A DNA stretch of 64,000 nucleotides from Eutreptiella sp. 'Long Island Sound 2002' (lineage: Eukaryota; Protista; Euglenida). The position numbers and the translations under genes are program-made. The notes under the pieces are model-generated. The model did not search any database. It had not been told where the DNA came from and was given only the letters and a program-made list of their open reading frames with translations. The stretch's first letter is position 1, and each line of letters starts with the position of its first letter. The stretch spans positions 75,826,001 to 75,890,000 of the forward strand of contig OZ038378.1 in assembly GCA_964036045.1 (NCBI GenBank), read 5' to 3'. Below, one piece after another: positions 49,101-62,300 of the stretch.

Positions 49101-50530
49101 ACCAGAGACACAAGGAGGCGGTAAATATGAAAGAAACGAAGGAAAAAAACGGGGCAATTCCAGCCTGGCCAGGGCAAAGGGGCAAAAAAGGAGACCGCAA
49201 CGGCCAAGGGAAAGGTGAGACGCACCAAAACGCGCCCAGGAGGCAGGCCCGCCCGACCCAGCCAGGAAGAGCAAGCACACGCACACACGCACGAGACCCG
49301 GGAGGTTTCGGCGTCGACCCAAAACAGCCATGGTGCACCGGCCGAGGCCCCCGTTCAACGACGGACGGTACAGGGAAGGGGACGCGTGAGTGACCGGGGC
49401 CACAATTGCCAAACCACCGCAGTGCACTTAGCCGGAGACGGACGCCAGAGGGACCCGCCAGGGACAACCCCAGGGCAGGGCCCCAAACGGGCACGACGCC
49501 GAGCGAGCGTAGCAGCCCCGCTTCGGTGGGCGCCAGCGGCAACCACCATGAGCACGGCTCCCGGCCGGCGTCCACGTGTCCCAGGCAGTCGCGGAGTAAA
49601 TCCGCGTGTCAAAGCCCCCGGTAGAGGGAGGCACCACGGCAACAGGAAAGCCAACCGGGACACCGAGAGCGACCGGACCGCATGAGGCGCAGCGCAGCAA
49701 CGCGGCGGCAAGAGGCACGCCAGAGAGGCACGCCGCCAGCCACAACCACGGCAGATGGACAGGTGCCAATCAACAACAGCCACCGGGTGCCGCAGACCTG
49801 GGCGCCGCGCACAACACGCACTGAACCAAGGCACAAGAGAAGGTGCCAGGCAGCGCCCAACCCGGCGAGGGGCGCCCCCATGGATGCCTGCCGCCGCCCA
49901 AGCGAGGCGCAGCACCCGCAAGGCCACTTGCACAGTGCGGAGTTGTAATAGGTTTCGGTGTAAAGATCGCTAATGCGATCGCGCGCGCATGTAGACACGC
50001 CTGAAGGTAAAATAAGATAGACATTTGGAAAGCGAGGAGCAACACTCTTGTAGGTATTTTACATTATACATTTGTCTGTGTACACAGACTGATGGGATGA
50101 CATTAAGTTTTGTGAAATGTTTGTTGATTTGTATCTCGCTGCGCTTGTGAAGGATTACGGATCTGAAGGATTTTGAAAACAAAAGAAGATTTGGAGATTA
50201 CCAGGAAAATTCATCGACAACCAGAGTATCATTACAATCCCATCAGTTGAAAAATCTTGGAGATCTTCGGTATGTCTGCTGTGCAACGGGCATCATCGAC
50301 AATGAGTGCTTCAAGCCCTGGGGACAACGGCCTCTGTGAGAGCAACCTGCCCAGTACAGCTTCCAGAGAGCCATATGACGATTTGCCGGATGCCAAGGAG
50401 ATGATGAGCCGCCTGCTTGAGCCGGCACGCGCCCACAACGCTGAGGAGCTGCGTGCAAAGAGGAAGCGCGGTGACAATGCCTGCAAGGGCCTTCATCGCA
50501 AAATACGGGTGCTCACAGCTCGTATGCGGC
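46130..50530. repeat. Three tandem copies of a ~1.46-kb unit (GC-rich repeat plus 5' part of a coiled-coil ORF)
   Basis: Marker gagttgtaataggttt at ~47015, ~48473 and ~49941; ggacaccaaggg.ggagaccacagaaaacc at ~46148, ~47616 and ~49074. Confidence 0.9.
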
Positions 50531-50733
50531 AGAGGCTACAGGATGACCAAAGCCGCCTTGAGGGCGCTAAGACAAAGCTCGCCGAACAGAGTGGTAGAAT
50601 ATTTTTGTTGGAACGACGACTGGCGGCCAGAGATGACGAGAACAACGCATTGAGTATACGGTTGGAGAATTTGCTGACACCTGTAAAGGAGACTGGCGAC
50701 ATGCAGAGCGCCGCAGCAAAGTGTCAGGGTTGA
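50272..50733 (+). CDS. Hypothetical coiled-coil protein (or exon), 153 aa; truncated copies at 47347 and ~48804
   Basis: MSAVQRASST...LRAKRKRGDNACKGLHRKIRVLTARMRQRLQDDQSRLEGAKTKLAEQ...LERRLAARDDENNALSIRLENL, with heptad-like periodicity. Confidence 0.4.
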   Translation: MSAVQRASSTMSASSPGDNGLCESNLPSTASREPYDDLPDAKEMMSRLLEPARAHNAEELRAKRKRGDNACKGLHRKIRVLTARMRQRLQDDQSRLEGAKTKLAEQSGRIFLLERRLAARDDENNALSIRLENLLTPVKETGDMQSAAAKCQG

Positions 50734-51068
50734 CGATGAACAGGAGTGACCAGTAAGAAGCGTCCGGGGACACAGCCAGAGAAGTAATGTGGGTAGAATT
50801 TTTATGGCTGCGTTCTATTCCTTTTTTTGTTGTAAATGCTTTGTGCCTCGCTTTTGAACGCGCTACGCCTCACTTCCCATGTTATGAAATGTTATGATTA
50901 CTACTTTGAGTTTTGTGTCCCACTTCTGCTTTGCAGGTGGGTTCCAATGTCAAGGACAGAATCAAGTGCCGAGACTATGGTGAGCAAGAGAGCACACATT
51001 TGGTGCATGCCTGCTTGGTGTCAGTGCTATCTTTCAGTCATTCCTTTTGGGATGTTTTTTGTAGTCTC

Positions 51069-51274
51069 GATAGAAAAAAAAACCCAAGAAAATGTTTTCC
51101 ACTCTTGTTGATTGTGGTTGACACCAAAGCTGACCTCCAAACCAAAGCAAGCAACGGACACGGCGAAGGTCTCTCTCAGAAATTGATTGGGTTTGAACCG
51201 GCTTCGCCTCTACGGGCCTCCTCAGCAAACAAACATGGCTGAAACACGGAAATATGCACAGCGAAAATGGCATA
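51069..51274 (-). ncRNA. Penelope pLTR-like repeat with a hammerhead-ribozyme-like motif (core 51191-51230)
   Basis: GTTTG-CTGAGGA-G-GCC-CGTAGA-GGC-GAAG-CCGG-TT-CAAAC, about 90 nt downstream of the PLE ORF stop. Confidence 0.65.
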
Positions 51275-51364
51275 ATTGCAAAGACAGGCAATACAATGTG
51301 AAACATGCCGAAAATTCAGCAACAGTCTATATTATCTGATTCCTAAATTTCATCAAACTCAGTA

Positions 51365-53452
51365 TTAGCGGCCCTGCAATGCGGCGCGCGCCGCTGTCCT
51401 GAAAAATCGCTTGACAGAAGTTAATGGTCTGAGGATAGCATATAGTTTGGCACTGTGCTTAAGAGAGGGCAATCGGCGTGACAGGCAGTGAACAACACGT
51501 GGCCATGACACCAGCACCGCTGAGTGATGCCACGCCCTCAGGACATGTACACGGGATATTCCCACCCACCCAACACCCCCATGTTTCACACCATCAACAG
51601 ACTGTTCACACTGTGACAGTGAAGGAGAAGATCCAAGCAAAATGTGATTAGTGACTCGCTGGCGTCGCGGGATTAGTACCCTGTCGCGGTCTTCCCAGGT
51701 CAACAGATTGGACAGAATCACAGCCTCAGGATAATCAAGGAAAGACAGTGCAGTGACCAATCTCATGCAGCAAACCCTAAAGAACGACTGCTCAGAACAT
51801 ATGCGGAGATATCTAATACACTCCCCCCTGATCCACCTGCATTTGATGTGTCTGGGTAAGTTTGATCGCCACGGCAGATACGCACAACTGTGGGATGATT
51901 TCCAATACACGCTGGTGCGAAGTGGGGTCACAGAAACAACCAGGACATCCAGGAATGGTACGTTACCATGCGCTGCATTTACACAGAACGAAAATAGTAA
52001 ATGTGGCGGGTAAACTTGCTTGAGCTTGTCCTGAATGTTAGCTACAGACATCGAAATGGGGTGTAGCAGTAAACTGTCGTCAATGTATCGGGACAGATGG
52101 AGATGTGGTGGCAGGGGGTTCTGCAATTCATACATCCTGAGCACCAACTGTGCCCAAGCAGGGGCACAGTTGGTGCTCATGGCGAATCCAACCAGCTGCA
52201 AAATTACCCCTATGCCCTCGTGCAGAAAAATGCAATGGTGGAAAACCGCATTCATCAGGAATTTCCCCAGAAACATTGAATCATCTGGTTCATTGTTCAT
52301 GTATTAGAAATACTCTAGTTGGGAAGAAACGAAGTCCTGATCCAGGTCCCCGAAGAGACAACTGTACATAGACAATTCCTGGCTAGATAACGCACTGGAC
52401 ATATCATTCAGGTGTAGGATAACAAAACGTTGCCACCAGTCACAAGCCTTGGCAATGTCTGACCATTTGAAATGCGTGTATAGGGCATAAAAATCATAGG
52501 AAGAAGCCACCCATTCACGGCCATCGGCAAAGCCCTGTGGGTCCTGACTCAGGTGTCTCAACCGACCTAGCAGGTCTTTTGTATCCAACAACGGTGCACT
52601 CAGCGGTTGTAGCGCACGGTCAGCCTTTAATAATATGGTTCCACACATGGCAAGGAAAATCGAGCATGGTGTTTTTGCCCAGCGATGCATACCCACCACC
52701 GGGCGCAAAGGGAATCTACCAATCGAAGAGAGGCCAAAACCCTGTTTGTGAGTTTTTGCTAACAGGTAGAGCACCGGCAATTTAGGAGGGGGCTGGTTGT
52801 GGAAAAACTGTTGCAGAAACTCAGTGAGTGACTCGGGCAAGCATGGGATCGCAATCATAGCGAATCTGTGTTGCCAAAGTTTGGCTTTTTCCTCCCATTC
52901 TGTCACCGTAGATGTATCACCCAACATGCGGTAAACAGGCTTGTCATTGAGTGTGGTCGACATGTGACAAGAGGCCTCATGCAGATACGCACCTTTGGAG
53001 ACAATTATCGATCCGCCATCTTTATCAGTAGGAACCACGATGTGGGAAGATAGGAAATCATTCATTTTGTCCTTACACAAGGACACACCACGTTTTGGGT
53101 TGTCCCCATTCACCAAATGTTCCAAGTACAACCGAAGTTGGTTCGCCACCGTACTGAAAGCACTATCTATGCGGCTTACCTCATGTGGTATCACTTGTTC
53201 CACACATGGGGGCGGGGAAGTTCCTTTGCGCACGTACATGCGTTTATAGGGGAAGGATTCAAAGGGAGGGTAGTGGGATTGTTTGGATGACGGATGTTTT
53301 TGGTGGTATACATGCCAAACCAATACCCTTCTAAGTTCGAGAAATTCTTGAGTCAATTTTCGTGACATGTTGGAAAGGAAATGACGGGGGTCGGGAAAGG
53401 GTACAATTTTATTACCAGCCCGGCAGCGCTGGCATCCCGGGTGACCATGCAT
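51365..53452 (-). mobile_element. Penelope-like element RT (Naiad/Chlamys-like), one frameshift near 52300, no endonuclease seen
   Basis: VVPTDK, LYLLAKTHK, PLRPVV, SYDFYALYT, GFAMSTNCAP, RYIDD, PFLD, YWK..HS..YLPW.S. Confidence 0.85.
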
Positions 53453-56400
53453 CAGGGGGGCAACGTAATGGGTAAGCGCCTGCTACCTAGTTGCTAAGTA
53501 ACACACTGACCGGGGAGTGGCGAAGTGGCGAAGCCAGGGAAGGACAGTGCTCTGAACCCCGTGAACCCACAGGACTCCGCCACCAACCAGGAGGTTTGTC
53601 ATGAAGGCGTCCCCAATAAGCCCTGGTGAAAAAGATATTACCTGGCCCAACCAGGTGGCAGTCCAAGGCCGAAAGGCGTCTGGTACCCAAAAACCTCAAA
53701 CCTCAAACGTGAAACCTGAATGTCTCCTTATCACAGTCCCTGTCACGATGTCCTAAATCGTGACAGGCAAGTGTAGGCGCCCTCAATCGCAACAGGCCTT
53801 CTAAAGCTTCTGAATACCCTCAAAAGTACCCGTAATACCTTCCAACCTTCTACAATGTCAAAAAAAAAGATTACATCACATTATAAGCATGTGGAATGTG
53901 ATGATGCATGTCTGGCTACTAATATATCCTAGATCTCTGCTCTCGGTAGTGTACCTAACAGCAGTAGAGTCTAGCAGTAAGCTGTAGGCTTGAATTATCA
54001 GCCGAACATGAGCAAATATCCTAGGCGTCTAGGATCTGGAAGCACTGAGAAGTCGAGTAGAAATCCTCAAAGACGCTTCTGAGAGGCCCAAATGCCCCAC
54101 CTTATTACAACCCCTTCCTAAGCTTCATGCACATTCACTAGTAATGTTCATCACAAACTCATAATGTAGCATAAGGAGAGGTATCTGCATAGGGAACGCT
54201 CATATTGAATGTTCTAAATCTCTGATGTAGTGTCTTATTACCCCCTTCCTAGATGGAAAGATACATCTCCACATACTAGCGTAAACTCCTAGGTATGAAG
54301 TAAATATGACCGGGCTTCAAATGAAACATAATAAACACTAAGCAAAAAGCTAGCGTACAAAGTATTAACCATGATAACGTAAATCTTCTAGCACAAATTG
54401 AGGGTAAGTGTAATGCATCTCGATGTAGACGTATGAATTAGAAAGAGCTATACGGAAAATCAATAACAATTGAAACCGGAATACACCATGCGGGTTAAGC
54501 TGGATAGTCAAGCTGTGACCAGGCTGTGTGTTAACATGACTTGTCTACGTCATCCAAAGAGAGGATATACCACCTTACTCAATGGACACGTTGCATGTGG
54601 CTACCTCATGCAATGGATACTTTGTGGTACCTATTTGACGCAATGGGTTTCGTGGCGTGCATTACATGGACAAGGGGAGCGAGGCAGCATCAGTAATGCG
54701 TAACTGTTGATTACTATGGCGGGCTCCAACACAAAGGGTGAGGGGTGGCAGTCACAATGAGAAAATCACAAGAATTCATCTGACACGGATCTATCCTTCC
54801 TTATCCTTGAGAGATCAGTACCAAGGATTGATCCGTCCGGGGATATGGGGATTTACACTAACAGTTGAACAAAAAAGGCTTAGGGTTATAAATTGTCATT
54901 ACCAACCTTTTACTGCCACTCTTCGGCTGTCACTAAAACAATGCTGAGGCATCAGAGACATAACATGACTAGAAATCATGTACAGAAGAGTCAGTCTTCA
55001 TCGTCGCAACATGCTTGGCACACACAGAGCAAGGCATATGCACCATGTTCTTCAGCGGGCCACAGCCCACAGGAATGCAATGAGATATGAAGCTAGCTGA
55101 AATTCTAATTTGTGTAAAAATGTCCAAAATGAGTTAAAACATCAATGCAAATAATTTGCACTAAGAAGTGAAAATGTAGAAGTGTCTTGATCATGTAAAG
55201 TTAGGGAAAGAAGATGTATGGGTTGTTGCAAAGCACTAAAAATGAGTAGCGCAATGAATTGTCTGTGAATGTAGGGGTGGGGCTTCTGGGTAGGGGTGGG
55301 TTGGGCCCCTGGGGCTGGATGGAAACACAGTAGGTAAGGAAGAAAAAAGTTGGAAAAGTCAGATCCTTCTTGGAAGCGCCATTCAGCTCTATTGCAAGCC
55401 AACAAGTATCCCGCACAGTTGGAGGGTCGCCACTGCCACATACGCAAAATCAATCCTGGGTAGGTTCTCTCTGACAGGTAGATGTAGTAAATATCCAAAG
55501 AAATGCTATCATAGTCAACGTGTGTTCTGTACCATACCGGAAGACCAATCATGGTGAGCTCCTTGCCGGACAGATGGTTGTACAAAGCCATTCATCAGGG
55601 ACCTGTAATCCTACCAGAAAGGTGCAATGCGCTCAACCGTTTTTTATGATGCAGGCTATCTTCTCGGAGCTTAACTCCGTCTTCTATCTCTACAGCATAG
55701 GAAGGGGTCTATCCAACTGCATGGAAAGTACTAATCTACCTGCACAAGGCCAGGAGCTCATTACTTTAGGCATTTGATACGTTTCGTTAATTCTTTTCAA
55801 TGAGCCTACTGTAGTGCGCCGCTGGTTTTGGTGGCTACCGGTGTGGGACTCTGCACTAACACACCGCAGAATGCATTAGCTAAGTCAAAGGCTAAGCGAC
55901 GAGGGTTAAATCTGTTCACTTTTGTTACGGAACAAAGATGTGGCGGGTTGAGACCGATGCCGGCTCTTTTAAGCGGACACTGATTCCCTACACCAAGGAA
56001 ATGACCCAGAAAATTGGCTCGTAGGCCAAACTCTCATGGTCGTGGTACCACAGCAATCCTTCAGAGCGTGATATGCAAATGAATAAATGCAACACTTAAA
56101 TGACTCATGGTATGTGTTTGTGTTTGTGTTGTATGTGTAGCGTACCAAGAGAGGGGTTATGGTGAAAAAGTTCAATTAGGTCTATCATGTGTCTGATGGC
56201 ATTCGGGGGATAGAGGATGTAATGTTGTAGTCTGCAGAATCTCAATTGAGTACTCTCAAAGCCAGAAATTGAGTCTGTACCAGGCGCTCTGGCGAAAGTA
56301 AACGAAGCGAAACGAACCCGCAGTAGTTTGTTAGCAAATTTGAGGATAAACTAGCTCTTTAGACTAATAGACCCTGGTCAATGATCGCGAGAGTTGGAAA

Positions 56401-59123
56401 TAAGATTCATTCCTCACAACTTGCAGTTGATCGGCAAAAGTTGAATTGATACAAATTGATTGTTCCTCGCTGCGATCCGAACCTCGGGGTCTATTGAGCA
56501 ATAGGTGCACATAGAACTACGTAGGGCAGATCAATTATGGACCATATTGTATGTTGAGCGTTATTGGCAAGCTCTGGCGAAAAGGAAGTAATGCAATAGG
56601 TATGGAATGTAAGATTTGCAAAGTGAAATTCAATGAATGAGTGACCTCACCGAACAAGAAGAGCGAAATACAATCGGAATGGAGAGTAGAATACGTCACT
56701 AGTCAAAACCCTTGCCTTGACGGGAATGCATTGAAGGATGAGATGCATGGTAGAGTGAAATGAGGAGGAATCACTTCCTAGGTCAAATGCAATTGTGCTG
56801 AAATGGAATACCTTCAGAGATCCCGGCTTCCGGAAAGGGTCTCAGCACACGCAAATGTGGTGGACAGTGACAAAAAGTCATGTAGTCTATGCAGAGTCTC
56901 CGCAACCCAAGAGAGGGCACCGACTGTGCTCAGAAATACATTGAACTATGTTGGGCGGTTCGGTAAAGAGATGAAAAGCTGAAATGAAACAATGAATGTT
57001 CGAGTACACAACGCTTGCAAAAATACCAAAACTCAGGCTTATAGGGCAACCGTGGGCCGTACAAGCTCAGCACGTCCCAATGCAACACACGGCAACAGTG
57101 GGCCGTGTGTCTGCGTGGGATGGCAGTGGGTTTGTTAGGGCAGCCGTCGGCCCTAACCATTGGCCAGTGGTCACTTCGAGTCAAAGGTGAAGAGATGTAA
57201 ATCAGTTCAATGGCTTTGCACGCTAACCTTCCTGCCTAAACCTACTGGAATGGTTACCTCCATTACAGTACACTGATAAGTGACTAGGCTCCCGCACACG
57301 ACGGATGCTGCAAAAGAGGTAAAGTTTATTTCAAAATCCACACCACACTGGCACCTTCGCCCTCAATGCGATGAACTGCTCCAGCAGGTCGTAATTATTG
57401 TGCTTGTCCGTGAATCCACAGTCAATATGGTCAGAAAGACCCTGTGCAAAACACGGAGATCCAGTCTCAGACTATGTTACAGAGCACATTCATGCGGGAA
57501 GTGTGAAATGCAACCATCATACTATTTGAGAATGGCTGATTACTCTGTCCTCATTCTGCTAGTGCTCTGTCTTAATTCTGTCTGTACTCTCTGATATTGA
57601 TGTTGTATCAATTTACATCTCAGGCCTATCGCTCGCGGGCAACCTGGCAGATAAGTCGCGATTGCCAGAGCCCTTACCCTGCTGCCTACTGCTAACACTC
57701 ACCTCTTAGGGCAGCGCCCTGGCCTGAATATAGAGCAAGAAAAAAGGCGCACCAGGTAGATCTACTTAGAAGGAGGCAGCGGACACCGCTGACAGGACTC
57801 ACTGCAAAAAAAAGTCCTGCAGCGCACTCCGGCTCGGAGAAAAAAAGTCAGCAGTGATGGGGGGTAGGGCTCCAAATCAGCCCAGCGCTTGCAGCAAGGA
57901 TTAGCACTGAAAGGGGGGGGTTGGAGGAGCAACAACTATTTGTGTCACTTTTTTCAATAGAACTGAAAAGGGGGAAGGAACAAGGGACGAGGAAGAACGT
58001 GTGGGTTCGCAAGCAGAGCAACTGGGTATGGGCTCAAGACGCCAGTCTGGATAAAGACGGCCACGCGCCCCACTCAAATCACTTGACATGCCCACTGCCC
58101 ACTTTCAGGATCTGTCTGAATAGGGGAACGGAAGGCAGAGGGCAGCGGATTGCAGCTCTGGAAATTTCCGCACCACTGACACGGCACCCACGTTGTAATA
58201 CTCAAAATTGTAGCCACGCTCAGCGCTGTTGTCGGCGTCGTCGCCGTTGAATTTCAGCGGGTTTCGATCTCAGCATTTCATGACCTCAGAAATTGAACCC
58301 AAGGTCTCCAATGACCACACAAATTCAGGCCCAACCTGGCACATGTGCGGACAGAGGGCTAGGACCGGAGGGTTATAGGCTGAGGGCGCCTCATGCGCCG
58401 CCGGCGCGCAGGAGGCTCGACCGCGAGATGCCGCGCGCTGAACGTCGATGCGTTCCTGAAAATTCTGAGAGATAGACGCGTGAAGTCCTGGCCCGGGGAA
58501 AGGATATGGGAAGGAAAATGGCTTGGGAAGGGAAGTAGAGGGGTATCATGGAAGGACTATTGTGTGTGACGTCCCGCCCGGACCACTAACCCACCAGGGG
58601 GGGTCTAACTGTTTGTCCCCCTCCGAGTACAAAGTCACATACCCTTGCGGGTGGGCCTAGCCTCTTTGGTTCCCTCACCACTTGCGGATTTATTAGAACG
58701 CGGCGTAAGGGCCCACACCCACTAGGGGGGGCCTAATGCATTGTCAGCCCCACATGCCGTGAGGCATCATATGCCTAAGGAAGGGCCTAAACGCAGCTCC
58801 GCTTTTTCAGTGTGCTATTGTCGGAGACCGATGACGGCTATGCTAGGCCTGGCAAAGTGCTAAGGAATACGTCGCAGAAGGGTGCCTAAGTACAGGCGTA
58901 TCCCGCGCGTTAGGGCCATGAACTTCTTGAGCGGGACTAAATGCGTCGTGGGTGCCCGCGTGCATTTCAGGTTCTGGTGTTGTTCACATGTAGTCAATGT
59001 AGGGGACTTGTAGTCAACGTCTGTGACATGTAGTGAATGTAAGGGACCTAATGATGGCAAGGAGGGCCGAAAGGTCACAATGGAAGGTGAATGCCATGGT
59101 AGGCATTTAGGGTGCGCCAGGGG

Positions 59124-60560
59124 TCACACACATGGTGCAGGAACTGGTCCCTCATCTCCCACGTTTACCCTTGGTGTCCTTTCCACTTGACAAGCCATTT
59201 CTGCAATCTTTCCCTGAAGCCGACTGGAAGGCATATCTTTGAAATCCACCACATCCGCCACCAGCAACGTGTCATCGTGTTCGAGAGCGGAACGGAGCGT
59301 CTGGTGATCGCATTTTAGCTCAACCCCCAACAACAGCCGCAGGGCCAGCTTGATATGGCCTATCCGGAATATTGTTTGAGTCCCTTGGCCCTCGCCACAC
59401 GGTATCGACCCCGCCCATAATTTCGAGGATTTCATATCGCCCCAACCAAATGCGGGCCAATTCATCAAAATGACGGTCGTCCTCCTTAGGCAAATCTCGT
59501 ACCCAGCCACTTCCCTCAGTTTGTCGGTGTGTGTGTTGCGAAATTTTTTTTGGTTTTTTTCATGCATGGCCGTCAGCTTTTGCTGTACTTGCTCACGCTC
59601 ACGTCCGAGATGTAAGAAAAAATCAAGGGCGTCTCCGCAGCTGTTTTTGTCCACAATGGGAGGCATGTCTTTCAACCCAAATGGGTCACGGTGAGGAGAG
59701 TAGGGTGCTATGGCACCTTGGAGGTCATGGAGACCCCATAATGCCATAGGTCGCTTCCAGTACCACTGACCGGTTGGTGTATTGGTCTCCTTTAGGTATA
59801 GCCTAAGGCTTTCAACAACGCTTTCGACTGCCCTGTCCGCTCCCCTGTTGGTCTTGTAATCGTAAATCACCGACTAAAGTGTGTAAATGCCAGCAAAATG
59901 GCTAAGGGTGGTTACAAAGCTGTTATTGAAATATTTCGCTTCATCCCGCAGGATTTCATTGGGACCCGACACAAATTTTTCCAAAAAAACATTTCACCAA
60001 TTGGCAGGCGTCTGAGCCCTTGACGGTAGTGGGTATGGCTATAACATATCCAGTTGCCCGGTCAACAATGATGAAGGAACAGTCCACGGTGTAATCTTTG
60101 TGCACCTCGCACGCACGGAGATGGACAATGTCCATCGCTAGTGAGGCAACCGTATATTTGGAGATGGGATAGTAGTGGCGCGGTTCAGGATGCCGACTAC
60201 ATCACGGCTTACAGGTCTGATATGTGTCGCAGCGCCGCACCACGTTCTCCACGAGCTCCCGTAGCTGCGTTCGAGTGTATCCATGAAATGTGTAGCGTCT
60301 GTGCAAGAGCCCCAGCGTTTTTTCCGGCCCTGGGTGACTGTATGAATGTACCCCTTGCATGACCTCAGAGGCCACTGCCTTGGGTACTATCACACAATGG
60401 TGCTCAATGAGCTGCTCGCGACCGTTCGCGCGCCGGTGCGCCGCAATGCCAGTCCGAGTGGCTGTGTACTCCCCTTTTCAGGCCAGGGTCAGCCTCGTAG
60501 TGTGGGGCGACGTTTTGGAATAGGAATTGCCTTGAAGGCGGCATCATAACGGTGCGTTTA
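59124..60560 (-). pseudogene. pol: Second Ty3/Gypsy integrase relic
   Basis: IVPKAVASEVMQGVHSYSHPGPEKT...CDTYQTCK (HHCC), SLAMDIVH, IIVDRATGY, NRGADRAVESVVESLRLYL. Confidence 0.8.
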
Positions 60561-61099
60561 TCAGGCATATCCTCTTTCTTTTTGCGCCCAGCTCTACACC
60601 ATGGCTGCATGACCTGATATTGTACATTCATTGGGGGGCTCACATTGTGAACTTGCATTCTCATAGTAAGCGGTAAGTGTGCGGAACATAGCCGCACTGG
60701 GAGCGTCCCAACAATCAGCGAGGAGGGTGTGGTGCAGGAGGGCCGCGGCGCTCTGGTACCAGCACTGGGCGTCCATGTATCCCCTGACCTAGCGGCGCTT
60801 GGCCCTGCACTGCAACCCGTGCGTATCTCGGTCCTTTCCTGCGTACTTGCACGTATCATGGCACACACTGACAACCTCACCAGATACCGTGTGTGCCAGC
60901 TGGCGCCCCGCTGGCAGAGCATACACAAAGGGTTGCTGCCTGCTGGCCCTTTTGGCCTGCTCTGTGAGCTCCGTGTCAGCTCCCTGTACGCAAAGAATCC
61001 TGAGGGCCCGCAAGTGCGACTAACGGGCCCCAAGGCCACACGCCACTGCTGTACTGCCCCTGCCCGGCTTTGACCCGTGCTCGGCAATGTGCAGTTAAT

Positions 61100-62300
61100 C
61101 TCTACTACATGGAAGGCCAGGGTGAGTGCCGCAAAAAGTAGCCAAGGACATGTGTAGGGGCTAGGAGAGTGTGTTTGTGCCCGAAAACAGGCAGAGTGCG
61201 TGCATGGGCAACATAGAGCAAGAGAGCGAAAGATGACAACGAAAGAACACAAGACACAAAACAATTAACAAGTGAGCATTGAGAAAAAGACAAGCTGCGT
61301 GTCTGCTCCAAAACGAAGCAAAGTGCGTGCTTAGGAGATAGAAGCTTGGGTGCGTGCGCCAGAAGAAAGCAAAGTGCATGGTTAGGATATAGGAGGTTGG
61401 GTATGTGTTTCACCAAACACAACAACAAGCGGGCAAAAGCAAAAGGTGAGTCGGTGAGAAGAACAGAGAAGGGAGCGGGCAACCAAACAAAGTAATGAAT
61501 AGGGGAAAGATACATGTGTGCATGGCCCAACACAATGTGCATATAGGTGGTAGGAGCATATGTGCGTGCCCCAAAACATAGCAAAGTGTGTGGGTACGAG
61601 ATAGGAGCTTGAGTGCGATCTCAACACAAACACGACAAATGGCGAGCAGAGGCAAAGGGGACGAGAGAGCGGGCGCCCAACGAGGACAAGTGCGAACATA
61701 GGAAATAGGAGCCCCAAAACATGCGTACGTCCCTAGCACCCCAGGGGTAGCGCGGGGATGCACAGTGCAAAAAAAAAACATGCGCACGTGAATGACAACG
61801 AAGAGGAGAAGGCAAGCAGGGACCGAGGGAGCATTAAGCGTGAACGCAGAGGTGGCAAAGTGCATGCGTAGATGCGAGGACCCTGAGTGCGTGCTCGCAA
61901 ACACAGCAAACTGCGTGCAAAGGGGAAAGGGACACGAGTACATGCAACAAAGAACAAAGAAACAAAAACAAGAAACCAAAAACCTGTGTGCTTGCCCAAA
62001 GCATAGCAAAGTGCGTGCGTAGTGAGTAGGAGCTTGAGTGCTCGCCCCATTAAAGCCACCGCAAAGGGACTGCAAAGGCGAGAAGTGACCCAGGGGGCAA
62101 GGGAAGAAGCCAGGACAGGGAGAGGGGAGCAGTTGCGGGGTAGAGCGAAAAAAGAAGAGAGTGATAGGGCCTAAAAAGAAGGGAGGGAAGTGAAGGTAAG
62201 GGGGAGAGCAAAGAGCACAAGGAGGCAGGGAGGAAGGAAGAGCAACGAAGGGCGTGCACAAAAAAAACAAGAAAGGACAAGCCGCCGGCAAATAACAGCA
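61100..62300. repeat. A-rich degenerate repeat with recurring ~50-bp units
   Basis: cc(c)aaa(a/g)catagcaaagtg(c/t)gtg...gatagga(a)gcttg recurs at ~61305, ~61570 and ~61995. Confidence 0.55.

Noticed and set aside
53800-57600. AT-rich stretch with faint LINE-like words (APG.D, VPDEWL, LGTD)
   Set aside because: The motif spacing is inconsistent and all frames have many stops; no element could be supported without a profile search.
58565-58639. TGTGAC...GTCACA-bounded 75-bp segment as a possible LTR of the second Gypsy relic
   Set aside because: It is too short, has no partner copy, and has no convincing PPT or TSD.
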